This document shows, one piece after another, positions 1-8,778 of a stretch of 64,000 nt of DNA (positions within the stretch are counted from its first letter, which is position 1; every line of letters begins with the position of its first letter). This DNA comes from an uncultured Bacteroidia bacterium. GTDB taxonomy: Bacteria; Bacteroidota; Bacteroidia; Bacteroidales; F082. The stretch is from NCBI GenBank assembly GCA_902782455.1, contig CACZNA010000007.1:3865-67864 (forward strand), given 5' to 3'. The position numbers and the translations under genes were made by a program. The notes under the pieces are model-generated. The model saw only the letters and a program-made list of their open reading frames with translations. It was not told the origin of the DNA and did not search any database.

Positions 1-1404
1 TTCTGTGGCAATCTGGCCATGCAAACCGTTGTTCACTGCATAAACCTGATAATCGTGCAAGCCATAAAACGGCACCTCATCCGTGATTTCCATGGCCGCG
101 CCCGGGGTGACATTGTCTTCAGTATAAACCACCCTTCCGTCACGTTTGACTACGATTTGGTCGATATGGGTCAAGTTACTGTTATTCAACGACTTTGTTG
201 GATTGTTCCAATGCACTGTGCAGGTGTAGGAATCGTCGGAAAGCGGCTGTACGCTCAAGTTGGTCGGTGCCTTGGGCATAGCGTTGTAGACGCCAGAAGG
301 AACAGCATCGGCAATCATCTTTTGCACAAGGTTCCATGACTGGTTGTAGGTTTGAAGGTTGTCGATGCTGAACCAGCCATCGAGTTCGCCTCCCCAACTC
401 CAGTTGATGTGAAACAGGCCGTTGTCGTCGTAGCCGTCGCAGATGAATGAATGTCCCTGGCTTCCTCCATCGGTACCTGCATACAAAATCGGAATGCCCA
501 TATCCAAGGCATCACGCATCATGGCCACCCATTCATCGTAGGGATAATCATCCCTAAACAGATTGTGCGAAGTGCCATAACCGAAATATGAACTCATCGC
601 CGGTGGGATGCTTTGGTGCAAGGCACCGCTGGCCATGTTGCCATAGTTCATGTCGACGCTCACGCCGCAATGATACATGAGAAGCGAAACATATTGATTG
701 TCATCATTTAGCGACTCGGGCATTTCGTCCCAGTGGTAAGTGGTCGCGCCGAAATCAGCATATTGGGTGCCGTAAAGGTAACTGTTGTAAGAGTGCGAGC
801 CTGTGCCTTGCTGCGGATGGTTCCAATACTTCATCACCTGCGCCATCGAGGTGGCCACACAACCGGCGTAGGCATTGCCGCAAGGTCCCGCTTCGTCTTT
901 TGGGCAAAATGCGTTATAAAAACAATCTTGGTCCCAATGCGTGGCAATCAAGGGCTGGACGACCACCGTTTTCAAGGTTTGGGTTTTGCCGCTGCGTTCA
1001 AGGTTTTCCCATTCTTGGGCAATCACAAAATCGGCTTTTTTTAGGTTTTCTTCCGCAAAATCAACGGATTGGCCATAGCCATTGAGGAAATAGGACAATC
1101 CGTCAGGGATGTTTTCCGTGTTGAAATTGCCTGTTTCGGCATAGCCGAGGATGGGGCTGGTGAGGTCGCTGGCCGAGATGATGACGAAACCGCCCAAAGT
1201 GCCGTTGAAGGCATAAAACGCTGGATGGCCTTTTTCGGAAACGCCAGTATAGACCCATTCCAACTGCGTGTCATTCTTGAAGTTGGCCTCGACAAACTTC
1301 GCGCCCAAGGCCTTGGCGCGTTCCACGCCGACCGTTCCGCCAAGCAATGGCATCGAAGCCATCAGCAGAACGGTGAGCAAACTGTAAAATCTGTTGTTTT
1401 TCAT
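1..1404 (-). CDS. Peptidase C10 (streptopain/SpeB-like) family cysteine protease, 3' end cut by the window edge
   Basis: Not in the supplied ORF track because there is no stop inside the window. My reverse-complement translation from ATG 1404 is open to position 1. It reads MKNNRFYSLLTVLLMASMPLLGG (signal), then ...NAYAGCVATSMAQVMKYWNHP (catalytic Cys motif) and ...GGSQGHSFICDGYDDNGLFHINWSWGG (catalytic His motif), then an FN3-like tail. Confidence 0.85.
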   Translation of the reverse strand, partial: MKNNRFYSLLTVLLMASMPLLGGTVGVERAKALGAKFVEANFKNDTQLEWVYTGVSEKGHPAFYAFNGTLGGFVIISASDLTSPILGYAETGNFNTENIPDGLSYFLNGYGQSVDFAEENLKKADFVIAQEWENLERSGKTQTLKTVVVQPLIATHWDQDCFYNAFCPKDEAGPCGNAYAGCVATSMAQVMKYWNHPQQGTGSHSYNSYLYGTQYADFGATTYHWDEMPESLNDDNQYVSLLMYHCGVSVDMNYGNMASGALHQSIPPAMSSYFGYGTSHNLFRDDYPYDEWVAMMRDALDMGIPILYAGTDGGSQGHSFICDGYDDNGLFHINWSWGGELDGWFSIDNLQTYNQSWNLVQKMIADAVPSGVYNAMPKAPTNLSVQPLSDDSYTCTVHWNNPTKSLNNSNLTHIDQIVVKRDGRVVYTEDNVTPGAAMEITDEVPFYGLHDYQVYAVNNGLHGQIATE

Positions 1405-1443
1405 TTTAACTTGTTTTTAATTGGTTTTCTGTTTGTTATTCTT

Positions 1444-1526
1444 CGCTTTGCGTCACTATAATTCGTTTCATTCGCCTAATTCGCCGTTTTATTGTTGTCG
1501 GCGAATTGAACGAATTTTGCGAATTT
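1444..1526. repeat. Intergenic palindromic repeat, short copy (AATTCG..AATTCGCCG-loop-CGGCGAATT..CGAATT)
   Basis: cgctttgcgtcact..aattcgtttcattcgcctaattcgccgttttattgttgtcggcgaattgaacgaattttgcgaattt aligns with 3976-4080 and 6771-6870. It lacks the internal gcgaggaacgaagc..caaa segment. Confidence 0.8.
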
Positions 1527-3122
1527 TTATTCTTTTATCCATTTTCCAGTTTTAATGAGAGCCGTTGAGCCGCTCGTTGAGTAGATTTTCCAAAAATACA
1601 TTCCCGAAGGCCAAGGCTCAGTATTGATAGCAATTTGATTTCCAAATATTTTGTTTTCAAAAACTTTGCGTCCGGTGAGGTCGTACACCTCCACCCTATC
1701 CGCTGCATCGCGAACCTCAATGTTGAGCACATCCTTGCCCGGATTGGGATAGACGCAACTTTGGGCTGCGGTTTCCTCCACTCCATTCGGGATGGGAAAC
1801 TCGATGGCTCCGAGGTCAATACGCTCGTCAACCACACGCGGACTGCCCGTGAAATCGGTGTCAGGATAATATTGGTTCATGTCGGTTGTCCCCGCATTGA
1901 CGCAAGGCGAGGTTTCCAACAATGCCCAATGAGTAGCCAAGGTTGAATGGTCGTATTCAGGGCCTAAACCTTCAGTCGGACGGACAAATTGGGGGTCGCC
2001 AAAGACATCTCCCGAGCCTGAGATCGTGCCGTTGCAGTTGTTGAAAACGGTCGGGTCGGGATGCGTCGGGTCCATTCGCTCGAACCAAACGCCCGTGTTG
2101 CCCCAAAAGATGTTGTTGTAGATTTTCTGCTGCCCATTCGTCCAAATCCCTGAGCCATAACCGTGTATGTGTCCCTCGCTATGGTTGTTGACAATCGTGT
2201 TGTTGTAATAATGGGAATAATTGGGAGCCGTGGTACCCAGCACTGGCGAATAGCCATCATTGTTGACAATGATATTGTCGTGGAAACGCCCCACTCCTTC
2301 CCAACCGAGATAGGCCGTGCTGCCGTGGTTGCCGTGGATGTAGTTATTATAGACTTGTGGCCCCGAAGCCGTAAGCGACAATTCGCCAACGTGCATATCA
2401 AGCGCAGTGCCGTAATGCCCCGAGTTGTTGTAAAACTCGCAGTTGCGCACCGTAAAATGCCGCAAGCCGTCCATTCTGATACTCGCACCCCACCAAGCGT
2501 AATTGTCGTGGAAAACGCAATGCTCCACAAGGACTGTCCCTGGGTTATGCACACTCATTCCGCCGCCACCTCCACCAGTCGTAGGCGAATTGCCATTGTG
2601 TTCTGAGCGGTTTTGCGAGAAACGGCAATGGGCGAAGTAACAGTATTTCTTGTTTCTCACCTCAACGCCGGCGCCGTACCTTTCCCCTTCGGGTGCGCCC
2701 GTGATGATCTTTCCGTACTTGACCTCACAAAACTCCATCATCACGCTGTCTTGGGAATTGCTTTGGTCGGAAATCAGGTGGATGCCTCGCCACCCCGTTT
2801 CCGCTGTAGGATTATGGAAATCGGTGGTGTCGCGTGCGGTGAAGGTGACGAGAACCTTATCCGCGCCCAAGGCATAAAACGAGCCGTTGTGGACGGTGAT
2901 GCGGTAATAGCCTTCCGCAATCACCCAAGTCCCACGCTCAATGGTGAGGCGCGCCGTGCCTTCCGTATCAGGCTCGATGACGACATCACCCACAAGTTTA
3001 ACAGTGTCGGCGTCCCAAAGCACATTGCCTTGGTATTCGCCCGAAACCTCGATGACATTTTGCGCGGCCAAAGTTGCCGTCAGCAGCGTCATCCAAATTG
3101 CAAAAAACAAACTTTTTTTCAT
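1527..3122 (-). CDS. T9SS-secreted right-handed beta-helix repeat protein (type-A C-terminal sorting domain)
   Basis: Start taken at MKKSLFFAIWMTLLTATLAAQ (signal peptide). Has repeated NN(x)I/V..N beta-helix-like motifs (YNNYIHGNHG, HDNIIVNNDG, YYNNTIVNNHS, IYNNIFWGN). The C-terminus VYPNPGKDVLNIEV..VEVYDLTGRKV..GMYFWKIY..KTGKWIKE is typical of a T9SS CTD. Confidence 0.8.
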   Translation of the reverse strand: MKKSLFFAIWMTLLTATLAAQNVIEVSGEYQGNVLWDADTVKLVGDVVIEPDTEGTARLTIERGTWVIAEGYYRITVHNGSFYALGADKVLVTFTARDTTDFHNPTAETGWRGIHLISDQSNSQDSVMMEFCEVKYGKIITGAPEGERYGAGVEVRNKKYCYFAHCRFSQNRSEHNGNSPTTGGGGGGMSVHNPGTVLVEHCVFHDNYAWWGASIRMDGLRHFTVRNCEFYNNSGHYGTALDMHVGELSLTASGPQVYNNYIHGNHGSTAYLGWEGVGRFHDNIIVNNDGYSPVLGTTAPNYSHYYNNTIVNNHSEGHIHGYGSGIWTNGQQKIYNNIFWGNTGVWFERMDPTHPDPTVFNNCNGTISGSGDVFGDPQFVRPTEGLGPEYDHSTLATHWALLETSPCVNAGTTDMNQYYPDTDFTGSPRVVDERIDLGAIEFPIPNGVEETAAQSCVYPNPGKDVLNIEVRDAADRVEVYDLTGRKVFENKIFGNQIAINTEPWPSGMYFWKIYSTSGSTALIKTGKWIKE

Positions 3123-3204
3123 GGCATAAAACAGTTTTAATGATACATTTAGTTTCATGCCTCCAAAATTATATAAAAAAATAGGGAGTTTTTCAACCCC
3201 AAAG

Positions 3205-3275
3205 GCCAAGTACAGATTTTTCTTTTCAACTCATTTTGATAATCAACGAGTTACGAGAAAAAAGTACAGATTTTT
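3205..3275. repeat. 71-bp direct repeat, promoter-proximal module of the cassette repeat (copy 1)
   Basis: gccaagtacagatttttcttttcaactcattttgataatcaacgagttacgagaaaaaagtacagattttt is 70/71 identical to 4158-4228 and close to about 6952-7022. Contains the TTGATAATCAA palindrome. Confidence 0.85.
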
Positions 3276-3364
3276 TTGGCGGTTAGGAGGAAAAAAAGGG
3301 GCAAAATCGCCCGATTTTAATCCTAAAATCAACTGAATTTCTTTGCTGATTTCCGACAATTCAC

Positions 3365-3372
3365 TATATTTG
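3365..3372 (+). promoter_or_regulatory. Bacteroidota -7 promoter box TATATTTG upstream of the rhuM remnant
   Basis: Matches the TAnnTTTG consensus, 20 nt upstream of ATG 3392. Confidence 0.4.
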
Positions 3373-3391
3373 CATAAAACTACAAATTGGT

Positions 3392-3902
3392 ATGAGCAAA
3401 CAAATCGAAATAAGGAACAGCACGGCGGAGTTTCTGATTTTCCAAGCAGAGGGAAAAGAAGACGGTATCCAGGTCGTTTACAAAGACGAAACCATTTGGT
3501 GTACGCAAAAGGCGATGGCAGCCTTGTTTGATGTGGACAGAAGCGTCATCACCAAGCATTTGAAAAACATCTTTGAACTCAACGAACTCAACCAAGATTC
3601 AGTATGTGCAATTTTTGCACATACTGCTGAAGACGGCAAGTCTTATAATACCCAATTCTACAATCTCGACGCCATCATCTCTGTGGGTTATCGTGTCAAT
3701 TCATTGAGAGCCACGCAATTCAGGCAGTGGTGTACCTATGTGCTTCGGCAGTTCACCATACGAGGTTATGTCATCGACAAGAAACGTATGGAAAACCGGG
3801 TTCATCCAAGACCGCCTTTTCCAATCCGACTTCGACAAGTTCGCCTACGAACACCTCTTGCCGCTTGACGACATCAAGGAGATTGAAGGGACAAAAGACT
3901 AA
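3392..3902 (+). pseudogene. rhuM: RhuM-family (virulence protein RhuM-like) gene with internal deletion and frameshift
   Basis: The N-terminal 135 aa (..TIWCTQKAMAALFDVDRSVITKHLKNIF..YNLDAIISVGYRVNSLRATQFRQWCTYVL..IDKKRMEN) are typical RhuM. After about 3798 the frame shifts. A different frame then reads GFIQDRLFQSDFDKFAYEHLLPLDDIKEIEGTKD*, which resembles the usual RhuM C-terminal end. The middle of the protein, roughly 150-200 aa, is missing. Confidence 0.7.
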
Positions 3903-3975
3903 AAACCAACCCCATCTCAACCCCAGCGCGTCGCCAAACGCATGGAATTGAGAGGGGCAGGCTTTGCTTTTCTCC

Positions 3976-4228
3976 CGCTTTGCGTCACTGCGAGGAACGA
4001 AGCAGTCCAAATAATTCGTTTCATTCGCCTAATTCGCCGTTTTATCGTTATCGGCGAATTGAGCGAATTTCGCGAATTGGATTGCATCACTTCGTTCGCA
4101 ATGACGCGAAGCGACCACAAAACTATAACAAAAATCCGCTGAAAAAACAAGATTTGAGCCAAGTACAGATTTTTCTTTTCAACTCATTTTGATAATCAAT
4201 GAGTTACGAGAAAAAAGTACAGATTTTT
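3976..4228. repeat. Mosaic intergenic cassette repeat, full copy (palindromic module + cgcaatgacgcgaagcg module + promoter-proximal module)
   Basis: About 90% identical to 6771-7026 along its length. Includes the imperfect 27-nt-arm palindrome aattcgtttcattcgcctaattcgccg / cggcgaattgagcgaatttcgcgaatt. Confidence 0.85.
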
Positions 4229-4229
4229 C

Positions 4230-4295
4230 TCAGTCCAAAAGCGCAAAAATCGGGTCAAAATCGGCCTTGTTATTGAGGTTGGAGCTGTATTTTCT
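4230..4295 (-). pseudogene. 3'-terminal remnant of a TPR/LuxR-type cassette regulator gene
   Basis: The minus-strand reading ..KYSSNLNNKADFDPIFALLD* parallels the C-terminus ..KYRSNLKNKADFDPISALVE* of the 7027-8685 gene. Homology stops about 15 bp before the stop codon of the adjacent HTH gene. Confidence 0.7.
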
Positions 4296-4310
4296 ACTAT
4301 GTTTTAGCGT

Positions 4311-4571
4311 TCAAACCTTTATCACATCTTCACCCAAAACCGTGGAGATTTTTGCCAATGTGCGAAGGGTGAAATTGTGCGTTCCTCCCACCCATCGCGA
4401 CACTTCTGGTTCGGTTTTGCCCATGAGGTGAGCAAATTCCTTTTGTGACAAACCTCTCGCTTTCAGTAGCGAATCAATCTTGTCGGCAATGGCCCACGAC
4501 ATGTCTACCTGCTTCTTCATCTCGGCAGGAATCTTGGCCAATTCTTTCTGAAACATGCTGCTTGCGCTCAT
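4311..4571 (-). CDS. XRE-family helix-turn-helix protein (HigA-like antitoxin candidate)
   Basis: LLKARGLSQKEFAHLMGKTEPEVSRWVGGTHNFTLRTLAKI is a classic XRE/Cro HTH. ATGA overlap with the upstream ORF. Confidence 0.75.
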   Translation of the reverse strand: MSASSMFQKELAKIPAEMKKQVDMSWAIADKIDSLLKARGLSQKEFAHLMGKTEPEVSRWVGGTHNFTLRTLAKISTVLGEDVIKV

Positions 4572-5053
4572 AACTCAAAATATTTGTTTTCGACACCAAC
4601 CAATTTTGTTTCTTTTATTTCGATTTCTCCAGCACGGATGTACGATTTTAACAAAGCATCAAATTTCTGTAAATCAATCACATAACCTTTCAGTTCTTCA
4701 CTTTCTTCGTAGGTTTTTGTTGTCTTCTCTCCACCATTCCCCAAAATCAATATCTTGTCTGTCAGTCTCAAACAATATAAGCGCAATTTGCTTTTCTCAA
4801 TGGGTAAGGCCACAACATTGTCATTCATTTTCCCTTCGGGGCGAAAATTTCTTTCTAATGCGCCATGTGAGGCTATCTTGTCAAGTGCAAGCAATATAAT
4901 CTGATAATCGCGCTGCAAAACAGCATTATCCTTGAATTTCTCCATAAACTTCTCAAATTCAGAGATTTCACTATTCTCAAAGATAATCGTGTAAAGACTG
5001 ACAAAATCTGTCTCATTCATAATGTCAAGTTTGGCCTGCTTCATATTAATCAT
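4568..5053 (-). CDS. Putative toxin partner (RelE/Gp49/HigB-like core motif, weak) of the XRE protein
   Basis: LRLYCLRLTDKILILGNGGEKTTKT resembles the Gp49/HigB-type core. Has a 4-bp overlap with the downstream HTH gene (toxin-first order). Start chosen at MINMKQ. The N-terminal ~90 aa are unassigned. Confidence 0.45.
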   Translation of the reverse strand: MINMKQAKLDIMNETDFVSLYTIIFENSEISEFEKFMEKFKDNAVLQRDYQIILLALDKIASHGALERNFRPEGKMNDNVVALPIEKSKLRLYCLRLTDKILILGNGGEKTTKTYEESEELKGYVIDLQKFDALLKSYIRAGEIEIKETKLVGVENKYFEL

Positions 5054-5198
5054 TATTGTTACATAGTGCAAAAATAAACATTTTTCGGAAACCAATTACT
5101 TTATATGCTATTTTTTTTGTAAAAAACCACCAAAAGCCCTCAACAGTCCCCAATCGCCATTGGGAACGGTTAGGCTTTCGATGGCTTGTCGGTTTACT

Positions 5199-6737
5199 TT
5201 ATTCCTTAACCCACTTCCCCGTTTCCGCGAGGGTCGTTGAGCCTATTGTAACGCCTGTAGTATAAACCTTCCAAACATAAGCCCCCGAAGGCCAACTTTC
5301 GGCATTTATCGAAGTGACATTCTCCGTAATTTCTTTCTTACAAACCAGTTTCCCGGTCAAGTCATAGATTTCCACACGGGCGTTCTGCAAAGCCGTGCGA
5401 ATATTCAGCACATCCTTCCCTGGATTGGGATAAACCGTGGCCACAGCAAAGCCATGCGAATGTGCCTCCTCTATATTCCAAAAATCCTCAAGCGTGATTC
5501 TGTAGACACAATAGTCTGTCGGGCCAGAATCTTTGCCACGGAAACAGCTCAAAATGCAACCTCCTGCCGGACAAGCCGAAATGGTATTGGGAGCCAAACT
5601 TAAGTCGGGCTTGAAGTAAATCTCACTCTGCTTGTTCAAATCTTCGTCCATCAGCCCTACATAGACATTGTAAAATTCCTCGCTTTCCGTTTGCCCAATT
5701 CCTTTGAATAATGGCAAATCCATCCAACCAAGCATAAACACCTCACCATTAGGACTGAAACTCATCCCATAGCCTTCATCCTTACGATAGGGATTGATGA
5801 TGCCAAAAGTCCAATTCACAAGGTTAAAGTCCTCGTCGTAAGCAGTCATAATTACATTCGTTTTTTCATCCTGATATTCCCATGCGTCTTCACTGCCAAC
5901 CGAATAAGTACGACCGTTGTATGGATTGAATCGCATTGAGCAAACATCGTTGGAAATAGCGTATAACCATCCACTCATATTCTGGTTGGAATAGTGTACC
6001 CTACCCACAGAATCAGCGACAGAGATTGTGTTAAGGTCGGCATCAAGGGTGTAACAATCAAAGTCATACCTCTCATTCATCAAAATGAAGCGAAAACCCA
6101 AAGAATCAGGTGCCGAGAAGAAAAAGTTGGTCAAAGAGGCTTTATAGTCGCGAAACACCCTTTCCTTTATTATATTGCCCTCATTGTTAAACTTTACCAA
6201 GTGCATGGATTCTTTTTGGTCAATCATCCAAAGACTGTCAACGGGATATGACAAAGTCAGGCTACCGTCCTTTGAAAAAACGGGGTAAATCATATTCGTG
6301 TAAAACTGGGTTACTGGTGGATGGTTGAAGTCAGACCCGTCCCAATTATAACTTGTGTATGTCAGTGACAGGTCTTCTGGGGCAATATCAACGACACAAA
6401 GTAGGGGAAGCGTGTCGTTGTCGTCTAAGCGGAGCGAGACATAACGAAACTTACCATTCATGAAATTGGCATGTCGCCATAATTCCAGTCGATTATCGGG
6501 CAAACTGATGGAATCAAGGATTTCGCCCTCGTATGTGATTTTCATCAGTGCACGGCTTCCTGATTCGGTTGTTGCAAATGCAAGAAAAGCATTCGCGTCG
6601 ATACAATACACACTTGTAACCCGAACATAATCCGACCTGTATATTACTTCGAGGTCTTGAGGATACTCTTGCGCTTTCATCGTCACCCCTTCCGCCATTA
6701 GGAGCGCAAGCAGGGTGAAAAGTCTAATGTTTTTCAT
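5199..6737 (-). CDS. T9SS cargo protein of unknown function (paralog of 8779-10458)
   Basis: Signal peptide MKNIRLFTLLALLMAEGVTMKAQ. CTD VYPNPGKDVLNIRTALQNARVEIYDLTGKLV..GAYVWKVY..ETGKWVKE. Shares FNxEGNI and pre-CTD EEAH..G motifs with 8779-10458. Confidence 0.8.
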   Translation of the reverse strand: MKNIRLFTLLALLMAEGVTMKAQEYPQDLEVIYRSDYVRVTSVYCIDANAFLAFATTESGSRALMKITYEGEILDSISLPDNRLELWRHANFMNGKFRYVSLRLDDNDTLPLLCVVDIAPEDLSLTYTSYNWDGSDFNHPPVTQFYTNMIYPVFSKDGSLTLSYPVDSLWMIDQKESMHLVKFNNEGNIIKERVFRDYKASLTNFFFSAPDSLGFRFILMNERYDFDCYTLDADLNTISVADSVGRVHYSNQNMSGWLYAISNDVCSMRFNPYNGRTYSVGSEDAWEYQDEKTNVIMTAYDEDFNLVNWTFGIINPYRKDEGYGMSFSPNGEVFMLGWMDLPLFKGIGQTESEEFYNVYVGLMDEDLNKQSEIYFKPDLSLAPNTISACPAGGCILSCFRGKDSGPTDYCVYRITLEDFWNIEEAHSHGFAVATVYPNPGKDVLNIRTALQNARVEIYDLTGKLVCKKEITENVTSINAESWPSGAYVWKVYTTGVTIGSTTLAETGKWVKE

Positions 6738-6770
6738 TGTGTTTTAGTTTTGATGTTTTGCCATTCAGTT

Positions 6771-7026
6771 GCGCTTGTCGTCGCTGCGAGGAACGAAGCC
6801 GTCCAAATAATTCGTTTCATTCGCCTAATTCGCCGTTTTATCGTTATCGGCGAATTGAACGGATTTCGCGAATTGGATTGCTTCACTTCGTTCGCAATGA
6901 CGCGAAGCGACCACAAAACTATAACAAAAAAACCATCGAAAAAACAAGATTTGAGCCAAGTACAGATTTTTGTTTTCAACTCATTTTGATAATCAACGAG
7001 TCACGATAAAATAATACAATTTTTTC
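6771..7026. repeat. Mosaic intergenic cassette repeat, full copy
   Basis: Same module order as 3976-4228. Fills the whole spacer between the regulator stop (7027) and the cargo start (6737). Confidence 0.85.
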
Positions 7027-8685
7027 TCACTCGACAAGCGCAGAAATCGGGTCAAAATCGGCCTTGTTTTTGAGGTTTGAGCGGTATTTCGCCACGGTGT
7101 TTTCGCTCAGGCCGAGCAGGTCGGCCTCTTCCTTGATGCGGAAGCCCAGGAACGACAAAATGACGAGATGCGTTTCCGTCTTGTTGAGGTCGGGATAGGC
7201 CGATTTCATTTTCCCAATGCCTTGGGGATAGGCCGCCTCGAAAGCCTCGATGATGCGCTGCAAGCGGTCTTTCTGCCCCGATTGGTAAATCGCCAAAACT
7301 TGTTGGTTGAGCATCTCCTTCTGCTGGGTAGTGAGTTGCTCCAACTCAGTTTGCAGTTGACGTTGCGCCTCGCGGAGTTTCAGCGTTTCCAATTCCTTGT
7401 TCTTGCGGTAGCGCAATGCAGTCCAAAGCACTGCCATCAGCACGATGACCAACAGGGCTATCCACAAATAGAGGCGGTAACGTTTCAACTGCTGCTCGCT
7501 TTCCAAACGCTGGATTTCCAACTGCTTGTCGTATTCTTCCTTCACTTGCGCCACGGCTTTTTGCTCCGCACCATAGTCGGGGCTGGAACTCAGCAACTTA
7601 TCAGCATAAATGGCGGCATTGGCCTCGTCGCCCAAGGCTTTGTAGGAACCGTAAAGACGCTTGTATAAGAAGGTGAGGTCGCTACTCCTTTGAGTCATTT
7701 CCTCGGACATCAAACCATAATGAATGCAAGAATCGTATTGCTGCAAATCGAAATAGGCACGGCAAATGTTTTCTGTCAACTCATATTGATAACTTTTCGC
7801 CATTGGAGAATGGACAAAACGCAAGTCATCCAATCCCTTTTGGCTCTCCGCTATGCTCTGATGAAGCATATTCTTACCATCATCTTCTTTTTCAAAATGT
7901 TGTGTCTCAAAACAATAGAGATAGTAATCGGCTAATGCACTATGGAAATAAGAAGCCTCAACCGTGTCGCCGATGATTTCTGCGGAGTGAAGGCCGATTT
8001 GATAATACATCAGGCAACTGTCGTATTCGCCGAGAAGCAGATACGCCATCCCCAACGGAAAGGCTGTGATAAGCCGATTTCGATGATACTGTTTTTCAGC
8101 ATAATAGCCATCGGCAAGTTTCAAGTGATCGACACCTTCGCGATGGTATCCCGAGTTGGTGTAAGACATGCCAAGCCGCTGATGGATAGCATATTTCAGT
8201 CGGTCGATTTCGTTCTTTTCATCGGTGGGCTTGAGCGAAAAGCGCACAAAACGCTCGTCCACATGCTGGCATTGCTTGATGCTTTGCAAAGCCTTCAAAC
8301 GGTAGTCAAGCACATGTTGCTCACCCAAGTTTTTCACTTGGGCCATACGCGACAAAATCCAATAAGTCATGGATTCGAAATATTTGTCTTTTCCACCAAC
8401 AAATTGCTTTTCAGCTACTTGCATCAACGAATCGAAGTCATTGTATTTGCGAAGGCCATCATTCACCTTGGCCCGCAGCAGGCAATAATGCGCCCGTTCC
8501 TTCTCCGAAAGGGCTGAAACATTCAGCGTGTCAAGGATTTGCCTTGCGCTGTCGAGGTTGGTTTGGTAGAAACACTCCACGCGATAGAGCATGTCCTCCT
8601 CGGGCGGTGGAGGCGTTTCGCGCTTGGAGCAAGCAGCCACCAACACGACAAAAAGCAAAAGCCATATAAAAAACATGCGTTTCAT
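7027..8685 (-). CDS. Membrane-anchored one-component regulator: lipoprotein signal, TPR-like helical domain, single TM, coiled coil, C-terminal LuxR/GerE-type HTH
   Basis: Has the lipobox MKRMFFIWLLLFVVLVAAC|SK and the TM segment LYLWIALLVIVLMAVLWTALRY. The C-terminus PDLNKTETHLVILSFLGFRIKEEADLLGLSENTVAKYRSNLKNK is LuxR-like. A TACCTTTG box lies just upstream of the ATG. Confidence 0.65.
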   Translation of the reverse strand: MKRMFFIWLLLFVVLVAACSKRETPPPPEEDMLYRVECFYQTNLDSARQILDTLNVSALSEKERAHYCLLRAKVNDGLRKYNDFDSLMQVAEKQFVGGKDKYFESMTYWILSRMAQVKNLGEQHVLDYRLKALQSIKQCQHVDERFVRFSLKPTDEKNEIDRLKYAIHQRLGMSYTNSGYHREGVDHLKLADGYYAEKQYHRNRLITAFPLGMAYLLLGEYDSCLMYYQIGLHSAEIIGDTVEASYFHSALADYYLYCFETQHFEKEDDGKNMLHQSIAESQKGLDDLRFVHSPMAKSYQYELTENICRAYFDLQQYDSCIHYGLMSEEMTQRSSDLTFLYKRLYGSYKALGDEANAAIYADKLLSSSPDYGAEQKAVAQVKEEYDKQLEIQRLESEQQLKRYRLYLWIALLVIVLMAVLWTALRYRKNKELETLKLREAQRQLQTELEQLTTQQKEMLNQQVLAIYQSGQKDRLQRIIEAFEAAYPQGIGKMKSAYPDLNKTETHLVILSFLGFRIKEEADLLGLSENTVAKYRSNLKNKADFDPISALVE

Positions 8686-8778
8686 GGCTGCAAAGGTAGC
8701 TTTTTTTGCAACGCCAGCAAAAAAAGGCCAGCCACTTTCGTGACTGACCTATATGCTTCCACTCTATCCTTTACGCAA

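Noticed and set aside
3942-4192. Small ORFs conserved between repeat copies. For example, ...ARNEAVQIIRFIRLIRRFIVIGEL..FAMTRSDHKTITK appears at both 3942-4142 and 6750-6989, and there are similar pairs in other frames and on the other strand.
   Set aside because: Conservation is seen in several frames and both strands at once, as expected when the DNA itself is a repeat. There is no consistent start context or promoter box, and the palindromic structure argues for a non-coding element.
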